From positions 992,001 to 1,056,000 of the forward strand of contig OY969696.1 of NCBI GenBank assembly GCA_963702005.1: 64,000 bases of DNA, read 5' to 3'. Under the pieces are notes generated by a model. That model was not told the origin of the DNA. It made no database searches and was given only the letters and a program-made list of their open reading frames with translations. Source of the stretch: Candidatus Aminicenantes bacterium. GTDB taxonomy: Bacteria > Acidobacteriota > Aminicenantia > Aminicenantales > JAFGBC01. Both the position numbers and the translations under genes were made by a program. This document shows, one piece after another, positions 1 to 8,252 of this stretch. Within the stretch, counting starts at the first letter, position 1. Each line of letters opens with the position of its first letter.

Positions 1-244
1 CCAGCGGTCCCGCCGGGGCGTCAACCGATATCTCGCTCGCCGGATCTTCGCGCCTGATCTCGGTGACCTTTCCGTTCTCGAGCTGGACGATGCAGAGCAG
101 GAGGACGCCGCCGCTTGTCTCCTCGGGCAGTCCCTTCAAGGCGACCCGAAGCTCGACGGCGGATCTCGTCTGCGCGGGAGGAGATCCGATGAGAAGGGAG
201 AGGCAACCGATCAGGACCGATCCCGCCGGCAGAAACCGCGCCAT
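1..244 (-). CDS. Secreted hypothetical protein, 5' part (runs off window start)
   Basis: Read by hand on the minus strand: GGAGGAG RBS, then ATG at 244 giving MARFLPAGSVLIGCLSLLIGSPPAQTRSAVELRVALKG..., open to position 1, with a signal-peptide-like N-terminus. A divergent promoter lies at 316-344. Confidence 0.7.
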   Translation of the reverse strand, partial: MARFLPAGSVLIGCLSLLIGSPPAQTRSAVELRVALKGLPEETSGGVLLLCIVQLENGKVTEIRREDPASEISVDAPAGPL

Positions 245-315
245 GGGACGTCTCCTCCCTCGAATTCGCCCTTTTCCTTTTTCCCCGGGAAAGGTCCTGT
301 TGTTTGCGTTTTTAC

Positions 316-344
316 AATATAATTCCGCCGGATGTCCCTGTCAA
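316..344 (-). promoter_or_regulatory. sigma70-type promoter for the leftward gene
   Basis: Minus strand TTGACA-17 nt-TATATT. Confidence 0.6.
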
Positions 345-374
345 GGAGCTTCCTATAACCCGAGGTCGTTCTTG

Positions 375-403
375 TTGACAAGGTTTTTTTTCTGCCCTAT
401 ACT
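375..403 (+). promoter_or_regulatory. sigma70-type promoter of the five-gene operon
   Basis: TTGACA(375-380)-17 nt-TATACT(398-403). Confidence 0.75.
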
Positions 404-534
404 TCTCGCTTAAGGGTATGTGGACTCCAGGAAAAAGCCTCCGAGCGGCCGTTCGTCCGATTAAAACTCCGTCTTAGGCTCGTAGGCGATCCCTGTCTGA
501 AGCGAGAGGCTTCTTCCCACATGAGGAGGGCCGA

Positions 535-2691
535 ATGAAGGCCGTTTTTTTCTCCCGTCGCTGGCAACGGTGCTTAATCCTCGCCGGTCTCGTTCTGGGC
601 GCCGTCCCGTCGCTTCCGGCGGCCGTCGTCTACGATTTCGTGGCCAGGGCGTCCGAGGCCAAGTGGGCCCGCAGCCTGGCCGCTCCCGGCGAGCTCGGCT
701 GGCCCGGCTCCGACAACGACAGCCGCGGCTTCGCCCGTTCTCTGGCCAACGCTCCGCTCGAGGATGGACAATCCCACGCGTTCGTCCTCGAGACCCATCC
801 CGAATGGAAAACGGGGGGGATGATCTACGGCGTCTATCCGAACGTGGCCATCCCGGCCGGCGCCAGGTTCTCCGCCTTGGTCGGGTTCCTGAAGGGCGCC
901 ACGGCCACGGACGGGGCGACCTTCGCGGTCTACCTCTTCGACCAGACGACGGCGGTCCTTCATCTCCTCGCGTCCAAGAAAGCCCTGGCTGACGGCGTTC
1001 TCGATCAGCTTGCGGCCGACCTCGGCCCGTACGCGGGCAAGACCGTGACCTTCCGGCTCCAGGTCGCCGCCGGGGCGACCTCAACCGAGGACTGGGCCGT
1101 CTGGGCGTCTGCGGCCGTCACTCAGGTGGGCGGGGTCCCTGTCCAGCGACCCACCGTCGGCGCTGCGACGGTCGGCGCGGCCAAGCTCCCCTCTCAACAG
1201 CCGGGCGTGGTCAATGCCCGGCCGTTCCAGCAATCGGTCATCAATAGGATTCCCCTGATGCCCATCGGGACAGCCCCCGCCAAGCACAAGATCGAGGATG
1301 CAGGCCCGCTGCCGATCGAGGAGCCCCTGACGCTCCTCAACCGTGTCTACAAGGACAACGAGCAGCCCAACACCTATTATTACCTGCCTCGGGAGATCAA
1401 CCTCATCCGCGACACGGCCTCCGGCGATTATCGGGTGAGCGCCGTCTGGACCCAGGACCAGAAGATCCGGACGACCCTAACGCTCGAGGCAAACATCGAC
1501 CCGGATGACGTCAAGGTCATGGAGGAGGCTCTGCGCGCGGCCAAGGGTTCCTCGGCCGTCCTCAAGTCCATGCCTTATGAAGAGGCCAACATCATCGACA
1601 TGAAGGGCTGGGAGGACTGGCAGATCGAGGACATCCGGATCCCCACCTTCGGATCGCTCGAAACGGAGCTCCCCATCAGCATCGCCATGACCCCGGAGAC
1701 GCTGGCCCAGCTCAAGCCCCTCCTGGAAAAGGAAGGGCTGACGGCGGGCATGCGCATCAAGACCGGCGATGTCGAGCGGGAGATCCCGATCAAGGTCGGG
1801 CTCAAGTATTTCACCGGACGGTGGTACTCGCCGCTCGAAGAGCTCGGCTTCTCCTATAACGAGGGGGCTTCGCTCCTGACGCTTCACAATGTCCGCAACA
1901 TCTCCGACTTCCCCCTGAAGGTCGCCAGCGTCAGCCTGCGCTTCCGGCTCCCCAACAAGGAGGAGGTCTACAAGAACCTGGCCTGCCGGCCCGAGGTGAC
2001 CATCCCGCCGGGCGAGTTCCGCGATATCAAGGCCCAGCTCGTGCTCCGCGACCAGCTCCTGGCCGAGTTCCACAAGATCTTCCCGGCGGCCCCGCTCGGC
2101 AAGAAGCAGAACCCGCTGCTCGACGCGGCCATGGGTATCCTGAAGAACGAGATCGAGAAGAAAGCGGGCAAGGACCAAGAGGCCGCCGCCGCGGGCGCCA
2201 AGAGCGTCCCGGAGAACCCGCGGGTGGACGCCTTCTTCAAGACCTACGCCCGGAGCTTCTGGATGGACGCCGCCCCCGATTTCGACTGCCAGCCCTGTCT
2301 CGACAAGATCTGGGGCGGGATCGAGGTCGTCTCCTACATCGAGAGGATGAGGAAGGTCAACGTCGAGGCCCTGGCCAACGTCTTCGACCCGGCGGCCTTT
2401 GAAACGCCGCGCGAGGTCAAGAAGCTCCACGTCGAGATCCGCTCGCCCTACCTGAGCGCCCAGGCCAAGGAGGGCCTGATGGCCGCCGTCGACCTCAACA
2501 AGGATAAGCTCAAGGACCTTGTCGTCGTCTACCTGCCGCTGGCGACCCAGGAACAGATTTCGTTTGAGTACAAGATCAAGGTCGTCCTCAAGTCGGGCGA
2601 GTCGGCCGAGTCGGCCGATTGGGAGAAGGTCGTGGACTCCCTGGACCTGACGCTGGGGACCTTCCACGTCAACAAAATCTTTTCGAAATAG
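535..2691 (+). CDS. Secreted protein, paralog 1 of operon: N-terminal NPCBM-like beta-sandwich plus divergent shared core
   Basis: 718 aa, GAGGAGG RBS, signal peptide. The LETHPEW...FSALVGFLKGA..TDGATF segment resembles NPCBM-type modules. VYKDNEQPNTYYYLP matches the family motif of the next four genes. Confidence 0.85.
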   Translation: MKAVFFSRRWQRCLILAGLVLGAVPSLPAAVVYDFVARASEAKWARSLAAPGELGWPGSDNDSRGFARSLANAPLEDGQSHAFVLETHPEWKTGGMIYGVYPNVAIPAGARFSALVGFLKGATATDGATFAVYLFDQTTAVLHLLASKKALADGVLDQLAADLGPYAGKTVTFRLQVAAGATSTEDWAVWASAAVTQVGGVPVQRPTVGAATVGAAKLPSQQPGVVNARPFQQSVINRIPLMPIGTAPAKHKIEDAGPLPIEEPLTLLNRVYKDNEQPNTYYYLPREINLIRDTASGDYRVSAVWTQDQKIRTTLTLEANIDPDDVKVMEEALRAAKGSSAVLKSMPYEEANIIDMKGWEDWQIEDIRIPTFGSLETELPISIAMTPETLAQLKPLLEKEGLTAGMRIKTGDVEREIPIKVGLKYFTGRWYSPLEELGFSYNEGASLLTLHNVRNISDFPLKVASVSLRFRLPNKEEVYKNLACRPEVTIPPGEFRDIKAQLVLRDQLLAEFHKIFPAAPLGKKQNPLLDAAMGILKNEIEKKAGKDQEAAAAGAKSVPENPRVDAFFKTYARSFWMDAAPDFDCQPCLDKIWGGIEVVSYIERMRKVNVEALANVFDPAAFETPREVKKLHVEIRSPYLSAQAKEGLMAAVDLNKDKLKDLVVVYLPLATQEQISFEYKIKVVLKSGESAESADWEKVVDSLDLTLGTFHVNKIFSK

Positions 2692-2714
2692 CGCGCGATG
2701 ACGGGAGGAATACC

Positions 2715-4385
2715 ATGAGGCGGATGATCAAGATTTGCCTGGGCCTCTGCTTAGTCGCGGCCATCTTGCCGCCGGCCCTGCAGGCTGAGGTCCTGCTCGA
2801 CGTCGAACCTCTCCAGGTCACGAACGCCCTGCTCTTCCGCGACCACGCCGATCCCCACGGCTACCACTACATGCCCCTCGCGCCGAGGATCTCGACCTGG
2901 CCCGATGGCACGCCGAAGTTCAGCTTCATCCAATACGTCCGCACCGGCAAGGAAATCACCGGTGGCATCCTCCATTTCCTCTGTGGCTTCGGGCTGACGG
3001 CCGAGGAGCTCGCCCAGGCCCGAAAGGAGCTCAGCCGGGTGGACAAGGACGGCAAGATCCTCGGCCCTGTCATGTTCACCAAGGGCGACTTCCACATCAT
3101 CTCGGCCTCGGCGGGGGAGGGCGGCGTCTTCGCCCGGAAGGTCTGCGGCACGGGCAAGGCGCCCCTCCTGTCCGGCTCAGAGGCCGCCGTTTCGGTCGCC
3201 CTGACCGAGGAGGGCTCGACCCTGCTCCTGAACTCCTTCAAGCAGCCGACTTCGGACGTCTCCGTCCAGTTTGTCATGACTTACGAGGGCCTGACCCCGG
3301 CTTATCATGCCAAGCTGACGGTCGATTGGGACAAGGTCTATAACCACCGAGAATTCAAGATGAACGCTGGCAACGTCTTCGTCAGCGTCCAGATCCAGAA
3401 GATCTACGCCGAGCTCCGGGAGCAGGGGGCGATCCAGCTCGAGGTTATCGGAGAGGACACCAAGATGGACGAGCTCCTGGAGACGGCCTACAACACCATC
3501 ACCAAGATGATGTTCGACGCGAAGCCGGTCAAGCCCGAGGACATCGGCAAGTCCCAGGCCTCGACGGGGAGCAACTGGTTCGGCAAGCTCTTTGGCCAGG
3601 CCCACGTGGGCTATTACCAGAAGACGGTCAAGATGACGGGGAAGTATACCGTCGACCTGACCCGGAGGAAGCGCGACAGCCGCGAGCTCCCCCTGACCGG
3701 CAACATCGGGCATTTTTATAAGGACTACGGCCAGAACCCGGCCCTCTTCACGGTTGTCGACCTCGACGATCCGACCTTCGAAGAGCGGACGATCAACGTC
3801 ATCCTCGACGGCGAGGACTTGGACACGTTCAAGCAGTTCATCAACTTCGCCGGCATCACCTTCAAGAAGGAGTACCAGGACCCGGAGATGAAATCCGTCA
3901 CCGAGGACCTCCTCTTCGACAAGGCCAAGTTCGGCGAGGACGGCAACAGACTGTCCCTGAAATACCGGCGCAAGGGAGATCCGACGGACAAATGGCTCGA
4001 ATACCAGTACAAACCCCTGTGGAGCTACAACGGCGGGCTCGAGGTCGACGGCGACTGGGTGACGACCGACCAGCCGGTGATCACGCTGACGCCGCCCCAC
4101 AAGTACCGCTACCTGGAGGTCCTGGCGGATGAGGAGAACATGACCGCGAAGGGCATCATCCGGATCGCCGTTCAGTTCCGCCATAAGAACTTCGGCCGGG
4201 AGCTCCAGAAGGAGGTCGTCCTGAGGAAGGGCGATCCGCTCAACATCCAATACATCTATTTCCACGAACCGAACAATCTCGCCTACGAATACAACATCAC
4301 CTGGCTGTTCAAGGACAACACCAAGGCCTCCTCGGGCTGGCAGAGCGCCACCGATCCCTTCATTTACGCCTACTATGAGAAATAA
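2715..4385 (+). CDS. Secreted protein of unknown family, paralog 2
   Basis: Start moved to ATG 2715 (GGAGGAA RBS, MRRMIKICLGLCLVAA signal peptide), 556 aa. Motifs FRDHADP..YHYMP..PR..DGTPKF, GGILHF, GKAPLLSG, YEGLTPAY, WDKVY. Confidence 0.9.
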   Translation: MRRMIKICLGLCLVAAILPPALQAEVLLDVEPLQVTNALLFRDHADPHGYHYMPLAPRISTWPDGTPKFSFIQYVRTGKEITGGILHFLCGFGLTAEELAQARKELSRVDKDGKILGPVMFTKGDFHIISASAGEGGVFARKVCGTGKAPLLSGSEAAVSVALTEEGSTLLLNSFKQPTSDVSVQFVMTYEGLTPAYHAKLTVDWDKVYNHREFKMNAGNVFVSVQIQKIYAELREQGAIQLEVIGEDTKMDELLETAYNTITKMMFDAKPVKPEDIGKSQASTGSNWFGKLFGQAHVGYYQKTVKMTGKYTVDLTRRKRDSRELPLTGNIGHFYKDYGQNPALFTVVDLDDPTFEERTINVILDGEDLDTFKQFINFAGITFKKEYQDPEMKSVTEDLLFDKAKFGEDGNRLSLKYRRKGDPTDKWLEYQYKPLWSYNGGLEVDGDWVTTDQPVITLTPPHKYRYLEVLADEENMTAKGIIRIAVQFRHKNFGRELQKEVVLRKGDPLNIQYIYFHEPNNLAYEYNITWLFKDNTKASSGWQSATDPFIYAYYEK

Positions 4386-4388
4386 CGC

Positions 4389-5399
4389 ATGAGACGCGGC
4401 GCGGTCGCGATCGGGCTCCTCGCGCTCCTGGGGGCCGCGACGGTCCCCGGGATCATCGCTGATCCCCTGTTGACGAGGCCCGAGACCGTCGGCGGCCGCA
4501 TCCTCATCTTCCCCGATCACAAGACGCCGAACCTCTACTACTACGTCCCGGCCGGCTTGGCCCTGGCGAAGTCGTTCGACCAGCCCCAGTTCTTCTTCTA
4601 CAAGTACGTCTACGTCAAGGCGGATGCGCCCGAGGGCCCGCAGACGATCGCCGGCGGCGTCCTCGCCCTGGCCGTCGAGTTCGCTGACGAGACGGAAACG
4701 CTGAGAAAGGCGAAAGGACCGTCCTTCGAGTTCCGGCCCGTCCCCATCGACCGGCTGACCTGCGTCCTGAGCTATACCCGGCTCGAGGCCGAGGGCCAGA
4801 AGGGGAAGACGGAGGAGCTGGCCAAGAAGGAGCTCCTCTGGACGAAAAAGAGCTTCACCCTGCCGCTCGGCCGCGATTCGGCCAGCTATCTCTGGACGAT
4901 CTTCGAGGACGGCAAGGCCACCGGCCTGTCGGTCGAATGCGAGTTCACCTTTGGCGGCTACGAGATCGACGACGAGGGCAAGCTCAAGGACGGGGAGCGC
5001 GACGGCCGGCTGTCCTTTGCCGTGCCCGTCTCCATGACCGCGAACCCCGGCCTCTTCAAGCTCGTCAACCTGGCCGACAAGTTTTCTTTCAACTACCGGC
5101 GGATAAGCGTCCTCTGCTTCGATTTCGTCAACGGGACGAACGGCCAGACCGTCAAGATCACCGCCGAGATCGATATTCTGACGGCCAAAAGGCAGCGTGA
5201 CTTCAAGACGATCACGTTCACGGCCGGCTCCGAACCCCAGGTCGACCTGGCGTTCGACATCCCCGAGGCCAAGGGCGGGACCTACAGGTACCGGCTGACC
5301 AGGATCTTCGCCGACGGCCGGGCGGAAAAAGGCGAATGGAAAGAGGCCGGGGACATGTTTCTTGACCTGTCGACCTATGACATCGTGGACAAGCGCTGA
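4389..5399 (+). CDS. Secreted protein of unknown family, short paralog 3
   Basis: 336 aa, signal peptide, IFPDHKTPNLYYYVP and GGVL motifs, one C-terminal YRYRLTRIFADG..W module. Lacks the central WDKVY segment. Confidence 0.85.
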   Translation: MRRGAVAIGLLALLGAATVPGIIADPLLTRPETVGGRILIFPDHKTPNLYYYVPAGLALAKSFDQPQFFFYKYVYVKADAPEGPQTIAGGVLALAVEFADETETLRKAKGPSFEFRPVPIDRLTCVLSYTRLEAEGQKGKTEELAKKELLWTKKSFTLPLGRDSASYLWTIFEDGKATGLSVECEFTFGGYEIDDEGKLKDGERDGRLSFAVPVSMTANPGLFKLVNLADKFSFNYRRISVLCFDFVNGTNGQTVKITAEIDILTAKRQRDFKTITFTAGSEPQVDLAFDIPEAKGGTYRYRLTRIFADGRAEKGEWKEAGDMFLDLSTYDIVDKR

Positions 5400-5429
5400 C
5401 CGGGGCCGGCCCCGGCGAGGGAGGACGCC

Positions 5430-8228
5430 ATGAGAAGGACGAAAACGCTACTCGCGGCCGCGATCGTGCTGGCCGCGGCGCTCGCCGCAACGGCCGAAGT
5501 GGCCCTGGACGAGGTCGTCCAAGCCGGCCGCTTCGTGCTCTACCGCGACCACGCCGACGCACACAAGTACTATTATGTGCCGGACGAGCCGCGCTTGGCG
5601 ACCAAGCGCGACGGGACGCCCGAGTTCACCTTTATCAAGTACACCAAAACCGACGGCGCTACCAAGGGCGGGATCATCCATTTCCTGGTGACCTGGGGCC
5701 TGACCGAGGGCGAGCTGAGTTCGGCCGAGTCGGCCCTGCGCCTGAAGGATCCCGAGGCCCGGATCGCCGGCCCCGTGCCCTTCAAGGAGGGAACGTTCAA
5801 GGTCGTTTCAGCCACGGCCGGCGAGGGCGGCATCTTCAACCGCAAGATCGTCGGCGAGGGCAAGGCGCCCATCCTGCCCGGCCTGAAGGCGGCCGTGTCC
5901 ATCGCCCTGACCGAAGAAGGGGCATCCCTCCTCTGGGAATCCTTCAAGAACCCGGCCTCGGACATTTCGGTCATGTTCGCCCTGAAGTTCACCGGGCTGA
6001 CGCCGGCTTTCCAGGCCAAGCTCAAGGTCAACTGGGACAAGGTCTACACCCAGAACGACATCAAGCTCCATGCCGAAGGCACGATCAAGGTGGTCAAGCT
6101 CCAGGCCGACGTCCGGGCCATCCTGGAAGAGCTGCGACAGCAGGGCGCGATCCAGCTCGAGGTCGTCGGCGAGAACCCGGACATGCAGAAGATGCTCGAC
6201 GTCGTCTACGGCCATCTCATCACGCTCATGTGCGAAAAAGTGCCCGTCGGAGCGGGCGAGACGGCCAAGCCGCCGGCTAAAACGCCGGCCAAGAAACGGC
6301 CAATGCCCGAGGCCGTCGCGGACTGGCCGGACGCCCCCCCGGCCTGGTCGCTGAACGTGCTCGCCGGCGTCATCCGCTCCGCCGATGAGCGGCTGCGCGG
6401 CGGCCCCTTTGCCGATCAGGACCGGGATGAGGCGCAGCGGTCGGCTGCCGCGCGTTGCGACGAGCCGAGCCGTCAGACCGCCGCGTCGTTCGCCGGCCGG
6501 GCGGAAGCCCTCATCCGCGAGCGCAAGTACGCCGAGGCCGTCGAGATGTATCAACAAGCGTACGACGCCTGCCCCGAGCCCGGCTATCTCTATGAGATGG
6601 CCGATCTCTTGGCGTTCGGCGTCTTGGACCACGGGCGGGCTAAGACCCTTTTTGGCGAGTTCCTGAAGACGAGCGAGGGCCTTAGCGAGTACGCGGACCG
6701 TCGGGCGACGGCTCAGGCTTACCTGAACGACTGTGACGAATTCGCTCGCCGCCAGGACCTAGGCTATGACTTTTTCAACCAGGGGAAATACGCCCAGGCC
6801 CATGATGAGTTCCGCTGGCTCTACGACCATCTTCCCCAGCCCTGGTTCCTTTTCAACCTGGGCGTCTGCGCGAAAGCGATCGGTGACGAGACGGGCGGCC
6901 GCGAAGATTATCAGAGAGCCATGGAGTATTTCCAAGACGCCGTCCGCTTGGCGAAGGCCAGCCCGAGTCCCGAGCGCTTCCAGGGCGACATCGAGTCCGC
7001 GGAGCTGTGCATCGAGGCGCTGCGGCCCATCTTGGATCAGGCCGCCGCGGCCAAGCCGCAGACCGAACAGGGACAGGTCTCGGCGGAGGAAGCCCGTCGG
7101 CAGCGGCGTCAACAAGCCCAGCAGGCCGCGCAGAAGACCCAAGCGGGGCAGGCCCAAGCCGCCGGAGGCGGCCAGCAGACGACATCGACGGGCGCCGCGG
7201 CCGGCGGGACGAAGCCGCCGGCCGCAACGACCGAGGCCGGGACGGAGCCCCCGTCGGGCCAAACCCAGGCGGAGACGAGCGCCGGCGGGCCGGGCCGCCA
7301 GGCCCTCTGGGGCAGGCCGGGGACCAAGCCGTCGGGCCAGGCGGGCGGCACGAAACCGCCGTCCGGCCAGACGCAGGCGACGAAGCCGGGAGCCAAGCCC
7401 GGCGAGAAGGGCAAGCCCGAGATCAAGCCCATCCTCAGCGCCCAGATCGGGTACGCGTTCAAACGCATCAAGATGTCTGGGAGCTACGAGGTTGACCTGC
7501 GCAAGCGTATTCACGAGGACCGCGACGTCGCCATGAGCGGAAACATCAGCGGCATCTACCAAACCTACGGCGAGGATCCCCGCTTCTTCTCGGTCGTCAG
7601 CCTGGACGATCCGACGTTCCAGGAGCGTTCGATCGAGGTCATCCTCGACGGCCAGGACGCCTCGGACTTCAAGGATTACGTCAACGCCGTCTCGGTCCTC
7701 TTCCGCAAGCCGCGTTTCTCGGGCCCGCCGACGACCGGCGAGGTCAAGTTCATCGAGCGGCAATTCGCCCAGAGCGGCAACTGCCTGTCCTTCAAGTACG
7801 GGCGTCTCAACGAGGCCTCGACCGAGTGGCTCGACTATGAATACAGGCCGAAGTGGAGCTTCTACGGCGGCGTCGAGTGGGAAGGCGATTGGGCAAAGAC
7901 CTCCGATTCGGTCCTGACGCTCTCGCCGCCGGTCCGCCGCCGGACGCTCCAGATCTCGGTCGACGAAGACAACGTCCTCAAGAACAATATCAAGGCCCTG
8001 GCCATCCAGATCCGCCATCAGATCTACGGCCAGGACGTCCTCAAGGAGGTCGTCATCAACTACGACAAGGGCGACCCCCTGCAGACCGACTACACCTACC
8101 TCCACGAGGGCGGGAAATCCGGCTACAGCTACAAGGTCATCTGGCTCTTCCTCGACGGCCGGGAGGTCCAAACGGACTGGATCGCCAAGGATAGCCCGTT
8201 CATCTACGCCGTCTACGCGAAGAAATAG
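5430..8228 (+). CDS. Secreted protein of unknown family, paralog 4, with internal TPR and low-complexity insertion
   Basis: 932 aa, GGAGG RBS. Core closely matches paralogs 2 and 5. TPR-like helices (YAEAVEMYQQAY; FNLGVCAK..YQRAMEYFQDA) and GTKPPSGQTQA repeats at about 6250-7430. Confidence 0.9.
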   Translation: MRRTKTLLAAAIVLAAALAATAEVALDEVVQAGRFVLYRDHADAHKYYYVPDEPRLATKRDGTPEFTFIKYTKTDGATKGGIIHFLVTWGLTEGELSSAESALRLKDPEARIAGPVPFKEGTFKVVSATAGEGGIFNRKIVGEGKAPILPGLKAAVSIALTEEGASLLWESFKNPASDISVMFALKFTGLTPAFQAKLKVNWDKVYTQNDIKLHAEGTIKVVKLQADVRAILEELRQQGAIQLEVVGENPDMQKMLDVVYGHLITLMCEKVPVGAGETAKPPAKTPAKKRPMPEAVADWPDAPPAWSLNVLAGVIRSADERLRGGPFADQDRDEAQRSAAARCDEPSRQTAASFAGRAEALIRERKYAEAVEMYQQAYDACPEPGYLYEMADLLAFGVLDHGRAKTLFGEFLKTSEGLSEYADRRATAQAYLNDCDEFARRQDLGYDFFNQGKYAQAHDEFRWLYDHLPQPWFLFNLGVCAKAIGDETGGREDYQRAMEYFQDAVRLAKASPSPERFQGDIESAELCIEALRPILDQAAAAKPQTEQGQVSAEEARRQRRQQAQQAAQKTQAGQAQAAGGGQQTTSTGAAAGGTKPPAATTEAGTEPPSGQTQAETSAGGPGRQALWGRPGTKPSGQAGGTKPPSGQTQATKPGAKPGEKGKPEIKPILSAQIGYAFKRIKMSGSYEVDLRKRIHEDRDVAMSGNISGIYQTYGEDPRFFSVVSLDDPTFQERSIEVILDGQDASDFKDYVNAVSVLFRKPRFSGPPTTGEVKFIERQFAQSGNCLSFKYGRLNEASTEWLDYEYRPKWSFYGGVEWEGDWAKTSDSVLTLSPPVRRRTLQISVDEDNVLKNNIKALAIQIRHQIYGQDVLKEVVINYDKGDPLQTDYTYLHEGGKSGYSYKVIWLFLDGREVQTDWIAKDSPFIYAVYAKK

Positions 8229-8252
8229 CCGCGAAAGGAGGCTCGAACGACC

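Noticed and set aside
7190-7420. GC-rich DNA repeats in paralog 4 as a mobile or regulatory repeat
   Set aside because: Explained by coding low-complexity GTKPPSGQ linker repeats.
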